A program made the translations under genes and the position numbers. Source: Candidatus Shapirobacteria bacterium (GTDB lineage Bacteria > Patescibacteriota > Microgenomatia > UBA12405). From it: a stretch of 64,000 nucleotides of DNA. The stretch covers positions 5,867 through 69,866 of the forward strand of contig JBAYIT010000002.1 of assembly GCA_041665485.1 (NCBI GenBank), read 5' to 3'. The stretch's first letter is position 1. Each line of letters opens with the position of its first letter. The notes below the pieces were generated by a model. That model had not been told where the DNA came from and made no database searches. It was given only the letters and a program-made list of their open reading frames with translations. Positions 47,694 through 55,507 of the stretch are shown piece after piece.

Positions 47694-48683
47694 CTAGCCG
47701 CCTACAACCACCTTAATCAGTGACAATCTCTTCAACATGAGAACCAATAATACCGATAACCCCCAGGCCATTAACCATTGGCTAACAATCCACCAAAAAG
47801 TCATTCCAACTCCCATAAAAGAATTTTTCTGTTTTAAAACCAAATCAGTTATCAATGGGTGAATTAAGTAAACCCCAAACGAAACTTCACCCAACACCTT
47901 AACTAGTCGGCCAAGTTTATTCTTTTTCAAATTTTTAATTGCTAAAAACACCGCCACTGCCTGCAATCCAACCCATGGCCAAAGTCTATCGAAGGCTATC
48001 TGGCCCCCATCAGTTGCCCCATGCAAATATAAAGCATGACTATTCACTGCAAACATTAACAAACCTAGAGCAACTACCACCAACAAATATATTTTTCTTA
48101 TCTTTATCTTTTCCAATAAATTGCCAAGTAAATAATATCCAATATAAGGCACAAAAATTACTATCGGCCAATCAGCTTTTCGCCACCAGGCCAAATAATA
48201 TCCAAGAATATAAATAAAACAAAACGTTAACGACACCACTAAAGCAAATTTTTTGTTTTTAATTATTCTTAAGATTGGCGTCACTGCATACAATCCCAAC
48301 GCCACCATCAAATAATATAAATGGTAATAAGTTTGCGAATACTTCCAAAAAGTTTCTAATCCAGACACTAAACTTCCTCGGTTAAAAACTAGAAAATAAA
48401 ATATATTCCAAAAAATCAATGCCGGCAATATTCTCCCCATCCTTTTTCTTAAAAACACCTTACCACCTTCCCACCTGTAGCTTTTTCCCAAAAATATTGC
48501 CCCCGAAATCATGATAAACAATGGCACCACAAAGCGCGTCATTGATGAAACCAACAGCCCCATTAGTACTGATCCTCTGTCTGAAAATTGATAGTTATTA
48601 ATCACCTTGGCGCAGATGTGCAATAGCACCGCTGCCCCACTTGCCACCACCCTCAACCAATCATAATTTTCTCTCTCTTCCAT
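47694..48683 (-). CDS. Acyltransferase family 3 (OatA/WecH-like) O-acyltransferase
   Basis: N-terminus 'ENYDWLRVVASGAAVLLHI' matches the acyltransferase-3 signature (R..F(D/W).LR..A...V...H). About 10 TM segments, 329 aa. Confidence 0.65.
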   Translation of the reverse strand: MEERENYDWLRVVASGAAVLLHICAKVINNYQFSDRGSVLMGLLVSSMTRFVVPLFIMISGAIFLGKSYRWEGGKVFLRKRMGRILPALIFWNIFYFLVFNRGSLVSGLETFWKYSQTYYHLYYLMVALGLYAVTPILRIIKNKKFALVVSLTFCFIYILGYYLAWWRKADWPIVIFVPYIGYYLLGNLLEKIKIRKIYLLVVVALGLLMFAVNSHALYLHGATDGGQIAFDRLWPWVGLQAVAVFLAIKNLKKNKLGRLVKVLGEVSFGVYLIHPLITDLVLKQKNSFMGVGMTFWWIVSQWLMAWGLSVLLVLMLKRLSLIKVVVGG

Positions 48684-48705
48684 CCCAAAATGCTATCATA
48701 CAAAA

Positions 48706-49506
48706 GTGCTTGATCTAATTTCTGAAATCAAAAACATTTTTAAGTGGCGCGAACTTCTCTTTCAAATGGTTGGCCGGGAAGTCAAAGCCCGCTACAAACA
48801 ATCAATTCTCGGCTACTTTTGGGTAGTCCTCAATCCATTAGCTCAAATGCTGGTCATGAGCTTTGCTTTTTCTCTAATTTTACGCATTCCTACCAACGCC
48901 GCTTCAAATATTCCCTACAGCATTTTTCTTTTTGTTGCCCTTCTTCCCTGGAATCTCTTTGCCAACTCTTTATCTTCTTCAGCCCGATCTCTAGTCGACG
49001 CATCCTCGCTTATTACCAAGATATATTTTCCTCGAACCATTCTAGTTGTTGCCGCCATTGTTGCAAAAATCGTCGACTTTCTTTTCGCCTTGATTATCCT
49101 CATTGGTTACATGGTTATTTATCAAATTCCCATCAATACAAATATCCTATGGGTCTTTCCAATCTTTGTAATCCAACAAATCTTTACCATCGGGCTTTCC
49201 TTTTTCTTCGCCGCCGCCAATCTTCTCTATCGTGATATTCAATATCTTCTCACTCTCCTTCTAACTCTCTGGATGTATCTTACCCCCATTATCTATCCGG
49301 CCGACATTGTCCCTCCACAATATAAAATTTTCTTCCAACTCAACCCTCTCTCGGTAATTGTTAATGCCTACCGTCAAGTAGTTTTAGGTGGTTCTCCACC
49401 AAATTACACCAGTCTCTTTATTGCCCTTTCTTTGTCTTTACTAACTTTCACATTAGGACTTTCTTATTTTAAATCCCGCGAAAAAATCTTCGCTGATAAT
49501 ATCTAA
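48706..49506 (+). CDS. wzm: ABC-2 type polysaccharide/teichoic-acid export permease (Wzm/TagG-like)
   Basis: 'ELLFQMVGREVKARYKQSILGYFWVVLNPLAQMLVMSFAF' is the typical ABC-2 N-terminus. 6 TM segments, 266 aa. The ORF 48744..49235 is an out-of-frame shadow. Confidence 0.75.
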   Translation: MLDLISEIKNIFKWRELLFQMVGREVKARYKQSILGYFWVVLNPLAQMLVMSFAFSLILRIPTNAASNIPYSIFLFVALLPWNLFANSLSSSARSLVDASSLITKIYFPRTILVVAAIVAKIVDFLFALIILIGYMVIYQIPINTNILWVFPIFVIQQIFTIGLSFFFAAANLLYRDIQYLLTLLLTLWMYLTPIIYPADIVPPQYKIFFQLNPLSVIVNAYRQVVLGGSPPNYTSLFIALSLSLLTFTLGLSYFKSREKIFADNI

Positions 49507-49507
49507 T

Positions 49508-50236
49508 ATGACAAAATCTATTATTGAGTTTGTTAATGTCCAAAAAGACTTTAATCTTACCTCTCAAAAAACTTTCAAAGAGTTTTTGCCGGCTCTATTT
49601 CTTGGTGAAAAAACTCACGATTCTTTCACCGCTCTTAGTGACGTTTCTTTTACTATTAATGCCGGAGAAACCATTGGCATTATCGGCCCTAATGGTTCAG
49701 GCAAATCAACTATTCTAAAACTTGTCGCCAAAGTTATGTCTCCAACCTTCGGCAAAGTTGAAGTTCACGGTAAAGTATCGCCTCTTATCGAACTTGGTGC
49801 TGGTTTTCACCCTGAACTTACCGGTAAAGAAAATGTCTATTTAAGTGGTGCCATCTTAGGACTCAAAAAAAGACAGATCGACGAACATTTTAAATCAATT
49901 GTTGACTTTGCCGGGCTTGAAGAATTTATTAATCAGCCCATCAAACACTTTAGCTCCGGCATGTATATGCGCCTAGCTTTCGCCGTTGCCGTTCACGTTG
50001 ACCCAGAAATTCTTATTGTTGACGAAATTTTGGCTGTTGGTGACGCTCCTTTTCAGGCTAAATGCTTCACTAAAATGGAAGAATTCAAAAAGAAGGGAGT
50101 CACTATTCTTTTTGTCTCCCACTCTCTCAATACCATTCAATCTTTTTGCACTCGCGTGCTCTACATCAAACAAGGAAAGCTAATCGCCGATGGCCCCAGT
50201 TCTCAAGTCTGTCAGCAATATCAAAATGACCAATAA
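49508..50236 (+). CDS. wzt: ABC transporter ATP-binding protein (Wzt/TagH-like, short form without a C-terminal carbohydrate-binding domain)
   Basis: Walker A 'GIIGPNGSGKST', signature 'FSSGMYMRLAFA', Walker B 'ILIVDEILAVGD'. Translationally coupled to the permease (2-nt gap). Confidence 0.8.
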   Translation: MTKSIIEFVNVQKDFNLTSQKTFKEFLPALFLGEKTHDSFTALSDVSFTINAGETIGIIGPNGSGKSTILKLVAKVMSPTFGKVEVHGKVSPLIELGAGFHPELTGKENVYLSGAILGLKKRQIDEHFKSIVDFAGLEEFINQPIKHFSSGMYMRLAFAVAVHVDPEILIVDEILAVGDAPFQAKCFTKMEEFKKKGVTILFVSHSLNTIQSFCTRVLYIKQGKLIADGPSSQVCQQYQNDQ

Positions 50237-50436
50237 AATTTCGAGCTATTTTTCGCCAAACCAAATTCCATACTCAACTGCCAATTCATCAGTACTTTCT
50301 GAAGCAATGTCTACCGCCTCTTCCAAATCCTTTCCTTTTCCTAAATCGCTAATAACGCTATCATCGCTGGCACACATCAACTTTACCTCAAAATTCTTCC
50401 TATTAATAAATATGTAATTATCAGCACTCATACCCT

Positions 50437-51426
50437 ATGATACCGAAAAAACGGAAAAAATCAAATAAATCAAAAATTAATCAACCAACTGGAATATCGA
50501 TCGTCATTCCCAATTGGAACGGCCAAGCCTTCTTGCCCTCCTGCCTTAACTCTCTATTAACCTCCATCAAAAAAACCAAAAACATATTGTTTGAAATAAT
50601 CCTTGTCGACAACGCCTCCACCGACAAATCTGTCTCTATCTTTAAATCCAGCGTACCAGCTTACCAGCGTACTAAGGTATTGCGACTCCGTCGCAATACC
50701 GGCTTCGTCTACGCCGTCAACAGAGGCATTGAAGCTTCCCAATTCGATTACGTTTGCATTTGCAACAACGACCTTACTGTTGATCAAAATTGGTTTACCG
50801 AAATCGTCAAAGCCATCCAGCGCACCAGCGAACCAGCGAACCATCGCACCAGCGAACCAATCACCACTTTCTCCGGTCTAGTTCTCAACAAAGATGGCAC
50901 TAAAATCGAGAGCAGGGGGTTAAGATTCTACCCATATGGCAAAGCCGAAAACATCGCCAACGGCCTCCCTTTTTCAAAAACTAACATCCATCATCTAAGT
51001 TCTAAGAACTATCTGATTTGGGGTTCTTCCGCCTCCATAGTCATCTACCACAAACCGACTATTTTAAAAGTTGGTCTCTTTGATGAACGTTTCTTTGCCT
51101 ACGAAGAAGATGTTGACCTCGCCTACCGCCTTAACAAATCCGGCTTCAAAACCCTCTTTGTTCCCACCGCCATCTCTTATCATCTTGGTGGCGGTACTTC
51201 TTCTAAAATGGGCAACTTCCGCCAACAGATGGATTTCAAAAATTGGATTTTATTAATTGCCAAAAACTATAGTTTCAGGGAAATCCTTGCCAATTCTCCA
51301 GTCATTTTCATCGAACGCCTTAGAAACCTCTCCGGTGTTGTTAAATCCACCCCCCTCCCCAAACTCCCTCAAACCCTCTTTTCCGTCTTCTCCCAAACCC
51401 TCTCTGCCCTTATTCAAAAAAAATAA
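50437..51426 (+). CDS. GT2 family glycosyltransferase carrying in-frame octamer-repeat insertions
   Basis: 'ISIVIPNWNGQAFLPSCL...IILVDNASTDKS' and 'ICNNDLTVDQNWF'. Octamer arrays CCAGCG(A/T)A at 50649..50672 and 50818..50865 encode 'PAYQRTK' and 'QRTSEPANHRTSEP'. Confidence 0.7.
   Translation: MIPKKRKKSNKSKINQPTGISIVIPNWNGQAFLPSCLNSLLTSIKKTKNILFEIILVDNASTDKSVSIFKSSVPAYQRTKVLRLRRNTGFVYAVNRGIEASQFDYVCICNNDLTVDQNWFTEIVKAIQRTSEPANHRTSEPITTFSGLVLNKDGTKIESRGLRFYPYGKAENIANGLPFSKTNIHHLSSKNYLIWGSSASIVIYHKPTILKVGLFDERFFAYEEDVDLAYRLNKSGFKTLFVPTAISYHLGGGTSSKMGNFRQQMDFKNWILLIAKNYSFREILANSPVIFIERLRNLSGVVKSTPLPKLPQTLFSVFSQTLSALIQKK
50649..50672 (+). repeat. Octamer array CCAGCG(T)TA x3
   Basis: ccagcgta ccagctta ccagcgta, inside GT2 50437..51426. 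Confidence 0.8.
50818..50865 (+). repeat. Octamer array CCAGCG(A/C)A x6 (degenerate)
   Basis: ccagcgca ccagcgaa ccagcgaa ccatcgca ccagcgaa ccaatcac. 48 nt, in frame, encoding 'QRTSEPANHRTSEPIT'. Confidence 0.8.
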
Positions 51427-51449
51427 TTTCCTATAAAATAGTATAAATC

Positions 51450-51794
51450 ATGTCAATTTTAAAAATAGACCACATCCCAAGCCCTGAAGATGTTATCGCT
51501 CTAACACAAGAATTTCCCGAATATATAAAACTCTCTGCTGATTTAAACAAGCAAATATTGTATGGTGGAAGCCGTCTGCATCATGATTGTGAACAAAAAT
51601 TAATTAATCAAGAGTCTTCAGAAAATAAACATATTTGGAGTAGGGGAGTCAATCTCGCCACTAAAAAAATAGATTACGAGGCCGTAGCTAACATCAAACC
51701 ATCGATGGGTAATCCCAGTTCTGAAATTTTAGATCCGGAAAAACGGCGAAAATTTAAGGATTTAGTTAAAATCTATTTTCCCGACTATGAATAA
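51450..51794 (+). CDS. Small hypothetical protein (114 aa), possibly a DUF5674-type protein
   Basis: Soluble and acidic. 'GGSRLHHDCEQKLINQESSENKHIWSRGVNL...SEILDPEKRRK' recalls a small conserved CPR/Firmicutes protein family from memory; low certainty. Confidence 0.4.
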   Translation: MSILKIDHIPSPEDVIALTQEFPEYIKLSADLNKQILYGGSRLHHDCEQKLINQESSENKHIWSRGVNLATKKIDYEAVANIKPSMGNPSSEILDPEKRRKFKDLVKIYFPDYE

Positions 51795-52059
51795 CAACCA
51801 ATATCTTGAATATATGAATTTAACCACCGACGCCAAGCGAGCTGTCTACGAACTAGTAAGTCCAGAAATAGGAAACAACAGCTACTTCCTCCGTCAATAT
51901 TTGTTTGGTATTTCTCAATACTTTTCCCACTTAAAAAACTTTCGCCAGTCTTTTAACCTCGACTTACTTGAATCCTCAAACACCAATCCAAAAATCAAGG
52001 CAGAATATTTACTCGACAACAACCGAATAATTTTGAATTTTATTAAAAAATCTTCTTAA
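51787..52059 (+). CDS. Small hypothetical protein (90 aa)
   Basis: ORF overlapping the upstream stop by 8 nt. No recognisable motif. Confidence 0.35.
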   Translation: MNNNQYLEYMNLTTDAKRAVYELVSPEIGNNSYFLRQYLFGISQYFSHLKNFRQSFNLDLLESSNTNPKIKAEYLLDNNRIILNFIKKSS

Positions 52060-53020
52060 ACAGCCTCGTCAACTTTTCTTCGCTATGCCTTAGTCGCATA
52101 TTTTTTTCCTCAATCATCGCCACATCTTCAACTATCGTTTTAACCTTTGCTTTTTGGCATATTTTTAGCAATTCTGAATGCTCTAGGCGGTAAAAATCCA
52201 TCACCTTTTTTAATTTTCTTGTTGGTAATATCCCCAAATCAGCCATAACCACCAAGTCAAACGGTTTCTTCATTTTTATATATTTTTCAAACACCTCAAC
52301 AATTTCTTCTTGACTAAACCCTTTATTTTCAAAAGCCGTTGTCATTAAATTTGTCAGCAATATCTTCTTGGCCCTCGATCTTCTATAAGCTTGGGCCACC
52401 CCCTCCACTAAAAAATTAATCACCACCGATCCATACATACTTCCCGGGCAAACAATAATCACCTCTGCCTTACCTAAAGCCTCAATCACCTCACAATTTA
52501 TTGCCACTTTAGGCTTTAGCCATACGTCTTTAACCTGATCATCAGACATTCTTAGCTCATCCAGCCTGTGTTCTCCCTCATAACTTCTTCCACTTCTTGT
52601 TTTAAAACAAACATTACTTGGCTCCAAAGACACCGGTATCACTCTCCCGCAAATCTTAGCCCCGGTTAGTTGAGAAAATAAAGTGTCCACACGGCTCAAG
52701 TTTCCTACTTTTTCCGCCATAAATTGAAAAAATATGTTGCCAAAATTTCTATCTCTGCCATCTCTAAATTTGAGCATTTCCTCCCAAATCTCTTTTTGTT
52801 TCCCATTTTTCCATAAAGATATCATCGATCGCCAATAGTCAGAAAACGCCAAGATGTTTCCTCTCTCATCAGTCCGAATTCTGCCGCTATCTCCTCCGCT
52901 ATCAAACGGCGTTACTATCGAATCAATGTTCTCAAACCCGGCCCGAATCAATGCCCGATTGACAATCGGCATCCCCGACCCTCCGCCAATTGTGCAAATT
53001 CTTTTCCCCAAAGTCATCAT
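52043..53020 (-). CDS. YvcK/GlmR/CofD-family protein (UPF0052; 2-phospho-L-lactate transferase-like, UDP-sugar-binding gluconeogenesis factor family)
   Basis: N-terminal 'ICTIGGGSGMPIVNRALIRAGF...IVTPFDSGGDSGRIR' matches the GGGTG...L..L..../DDGGSSG signature of the YvcK/CofD family. Confidence 0.65.
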   Translation of the reverse strand: MMTLGKRICTIGGGSGMPIVNRALIRAGFENIDSIVTPFDSGGDSGRIRTDERGNILAFSDYWRSMISLWKNGKQKEIWEEMLKFRDGRDRNFGNIFFQFMAEKVGNLSRVDTLFSQLTGAKICGRVIPVSLEPSNVCFKTRSGRSYEGEHRLDELRMSDDQVKDVWLKPKVAINCEVIEALGKAEVIIVCPGSMYGSVVINFLVEGVAQAYRRSRAKKILLTNLMTTAFENKGFSQEEIVEVFEKYIKMKKPFDLVVMADLGILPTRKLKKVMDFYRLEHSELLKICQKAKVKTIVEDVAMIEEKNMRLRHSEEKLTRLFKKIF

Positions 53021-53943
53021 TTATCCCTCCGATTGCCATTATTGGCATGATAGGCCTCGACATAATTTGAACGGGTCAAGACTTTATCGATCCATCTCAC
53101 CTTTAGCTTTTCACTAAGTTGCTTGATAAAGCCGTAATCCCCACACATATTATTTGTCCAATTAGACTTATCTTTATGTTTAGAATGAAATATAAAGCCA
53201 GTTCCAGTAACATCTCCACGAACTATTTTTTTCCCAAAGCTTAGGGAGGGAACAGTTTTGTTAGGAAACCACACTTTCCACACATATAACGTATTCTCAT
53301 CCAGCAAGTAAGTTGCCAACTTTTCCAAGGAATATTTATTTACCAACATATCATCGTCGTCAAGGTACATCACCCACCCCTCTTTCACTTCTTTAATTAA
53401 TCTATTTAAATATAAATTATAAGGAAAATCTGCCTCTTTTTTTCTCTTCAATCTTGGATACTCAATAATATCTCTTTTGTTTATTCCACCAAGATAATCC
53501 ATTGACTTTTTATCATCAATTCCAATTATTTGCCTAACATTTACATAAGTTTGATTAACTACCGATTGCCGGCACTCTTTAAAAAACACCGGTCTACCTG
53601 CCGTTCTAGTTAAAATATTAATTAACGGCTTCTCTTTCATCAATATTCCTTTTATTTTCTCTCCGATACTTAATCCCTCATTTTCTATTTTTTTCAGATG
53701 TCTGATATTGGCCTCAACTATTCTCTTTAAGTCAGTTTCGTTCGCACCTCTTCTCTCCATCTTCCCAAAATTTCGATAATGCTCACAGGCTTTTCTTTCA
53801 TCGTCAATCCCCGCTGGAACCAAATCAGGATAAAATTTTACATACCACTCCCAATCAAAATCGCTTTTATTCACTCTCATATAATACAATATCCTAGTGC
53901 CTCGACTCCTAGACAAGCTCATCCAAAAAAAACTTCTCCTCAA
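53017..53943 (-). CDS. Putative glycosyltransferase with 'YLDDDD' motif and N-terminal 'FDWEWYVKFYPDL...HY..FG..E.R' motif
   Basis: 'INILTRTAGRPVFFKECRQSVVNQTY' and 'WVMYLDDDDMLVN' (DXD-like). The N-terminal motif recurs in polysaccharide-biosynthesis proteins. The true start is probably M22 at 53880. Confidence 0.55.
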   Translation of the reverse strand: MRRSFFWMSLSRSRGTRILYYMRVNKSDFDWEWYVKFYPDLVPAGIDDERKACEHYRNFGKMERRGANETDLKRIVEANIRHLKKIENEGLSIGEKIKGILMKEKPLINILTRTAGRPVFFKECRQSVVNQTYVNVRQIIGIDDKKSMDYLGGINKRDIIEYPRLKRKKEADFPYNLYLNRLIKEVKEGWVMYLDDDDMLVNKYSLEKLATYLLDENTLYVWKVWFPNKTVPSLSFGKKIVRGDVTGTGFIFHSKHKDKSNWTNNMCGDYGFIKQLSEKLKVRWIDKVLTRSNYVEAYHANNGNRRDK

Positions 53944-55507
53944 AACTAATTTTGACTATTTTTTTTGGTTCCAAAAAAAAACATCAATCAAAAAAGAACT
54001 CCCCATTTTAAAGTACCAACCCCTAATTAGCATTATAGTTCCAGTTTACGACCCTCCTGAAAATTTCTTCAAAAAATGCCTCGACTCAGTTCTTAATCAA
54101 ACTTATCAAAACTGGCAACTTTGCCTAGTTGACGACTGTTCTCCCAATTCAAATATTAGAAAAATAATTTCTGATTATGCCAAAAAGGACTCCCGTATCA
54201 AATACTCTTTTAGAAAAGTAAACGGCCATATTTCTCAAGCCAGCAACGACGCCATTACCCTGGCTACCGGCGAATTTATTGCTCTCCTTGACCACGACGA
54301 TGAAATTGCTCCCCACGCCTTATCCAGTATCGTCCTGCTCCTCAACAAATCTCCTAAAACCGATCTTATCTATTCTGATGAAGACAAAATAAACAGGTGG
54401 GGGATTCACTGCGATCCTTCATTTAAATCAGATTTTGCCCTCGATCGTTTTTTGTCTAATAACTATATTTGCCACCTGTCAGTCATCCGCAAATCACTCA
54501 TCAATAAAATTGGCGGATTTCGCCCTGGATATGAGGGCTCTCAAGACTACGATTTGATTTTAAGAGTTATTGAAAACACCAAAAATATCGCCCATATTCC
54601 AGATATTCTCTATCACTGGCGAAAAACTCCAAATTCTACTGCCTCTGTTTATTCAATCAAAAGCTACGCCAACCAAGCCTCTACCAATGCTCTAACCGAC
54701 CATTTTAAACGCCAGAAAATCAAGGCTACAGTTCAAAATGGGCTTAAACTTGGTACTTTTCGCGTCTCTTATTCCATTTTAAAAAAACCTTTAGTCTCGA
54801 TTATTATTCCCTCCAATAATGCTAGTCTTCTAACCAACTGTCTTCAAACTATCATCGATAATACTACTTATCAAAATTACGAAATAACCACTGTCAATAA
54901 TGGCTCTGAAAAATTTAACTATTCTGCCGTCAATAATTTTGGGGTAACCAAGTCAACGGGGGATTATCTTTTATTTTTAAACAACGATATTGAAATTATT
55001 ACCCCAGAATGGATTGAAAACATGCTTGAGCATGCCCAAAGGCCAGATATTGGCGCTGTTGGCGCCAAATTACTTTACAAAAACGGCCAAGTCCAACACG
55101 CCGGAGTCATCTTGGGGGTCGGCGGTGTTGCCAACCACAACTTTTATCGTCTTCCAGATAGCATAAGTCAGCCATTCCCCCTTCTCAACGCCAAAGACAT
55201 TGTTAACAACTTTTCCGCCGTCACCGGCGCTTGTCTAATGGTTGCCAAAAGTAAATTTGGTAAAGTTGGCGGCTTTGATGAGTCCCTTTCTATTGCCTAC
55301 AACGACGTCGACCTTTGTTTGAAACTAAATAATCTGGGCTTTCGCACCCTCTACACCCCCTACGCCGTCGCCTACCACCTCGAGTCGACCTCTATTTCCC
55401 CCAATCGCGATCAGGTCCAGTTTGCCCGCGAACAAGAACTCTTCCGTTCCAAATGGTCAAAGCTAATTGAAAACGACCCTTTCTACAATCCTAATTTACC
55501 TCGCTAG
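53897..55507 (+). CDS. Two-domain GT2 glycosyltransferase (tandem GT-A domains)
   Basis: Domain 1 'ISIIVPVYDPPENFFKKCLDSVLNQTYQNWQLCLVDDCS...LDHDDE'. Domain 2 'VSIIIPSNNASLLTNCLQTIIDNTTYQNYEITTVNNGS...FLNNDIE'. The N-terminal approx. 30 aa are A/T homopolymer-rich and may be non-coding. Confidence 0.7.
   Translation: MPRLLDKLIQKKLLLKTNFDYFFWFQKKTSIKKELPILKYQPLISIIVPVYDPPENFFKKCLDSVLNQTYQNWQLCLVDDCSPNSNIRKIISDYAKKDSRIKYSFRKVNGHISQASNDAITLATGEFIALLDHDDEIAPHALSSIVLLLNKSPKTDLIYSDEDKINRWGIHCDPSFKSDFALDRFLSNNYICHLSVIRKSLINKIGGFRPGYEGSQDYDLILRVIENTKNIAHIPDILYHWRKTPNSTASVYSIKSYANQASTNALTDHFKRQKIKATVQNGLKLGTFRVSYSILKKPLVSIIIPSNNASLLTNCLQTIIDNTTYQNYEITTVNNGSEKFNYSAVNNFGVTKSTGDYLLFLNNDIEIITPEWIENMLEHAQRPDIGAVGAKLLYKNGQVQHAGVILGVGGVANHNFYRLPDSISQPFPLLNAKDIVNNFSAVTGACLMVAKSKFGKVGGFDESLSIAYNDVDLCLKLNNLGFRTLYTPYAVAYHLESTSISPNRDQVQFAREQELFRSKWSKLIENDPFYNPNLPR

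Noticed and set aside
48744-49235. 163-aa Cys/Ser-rich ORF overlapping the ABC-2 permease gene
   Set aside because: Out-of-frame shadow of 48706..49506. The permease frame has the canonical ABC-2 N-terminal motif. The alternative frame is compositionally odd and has no start context.
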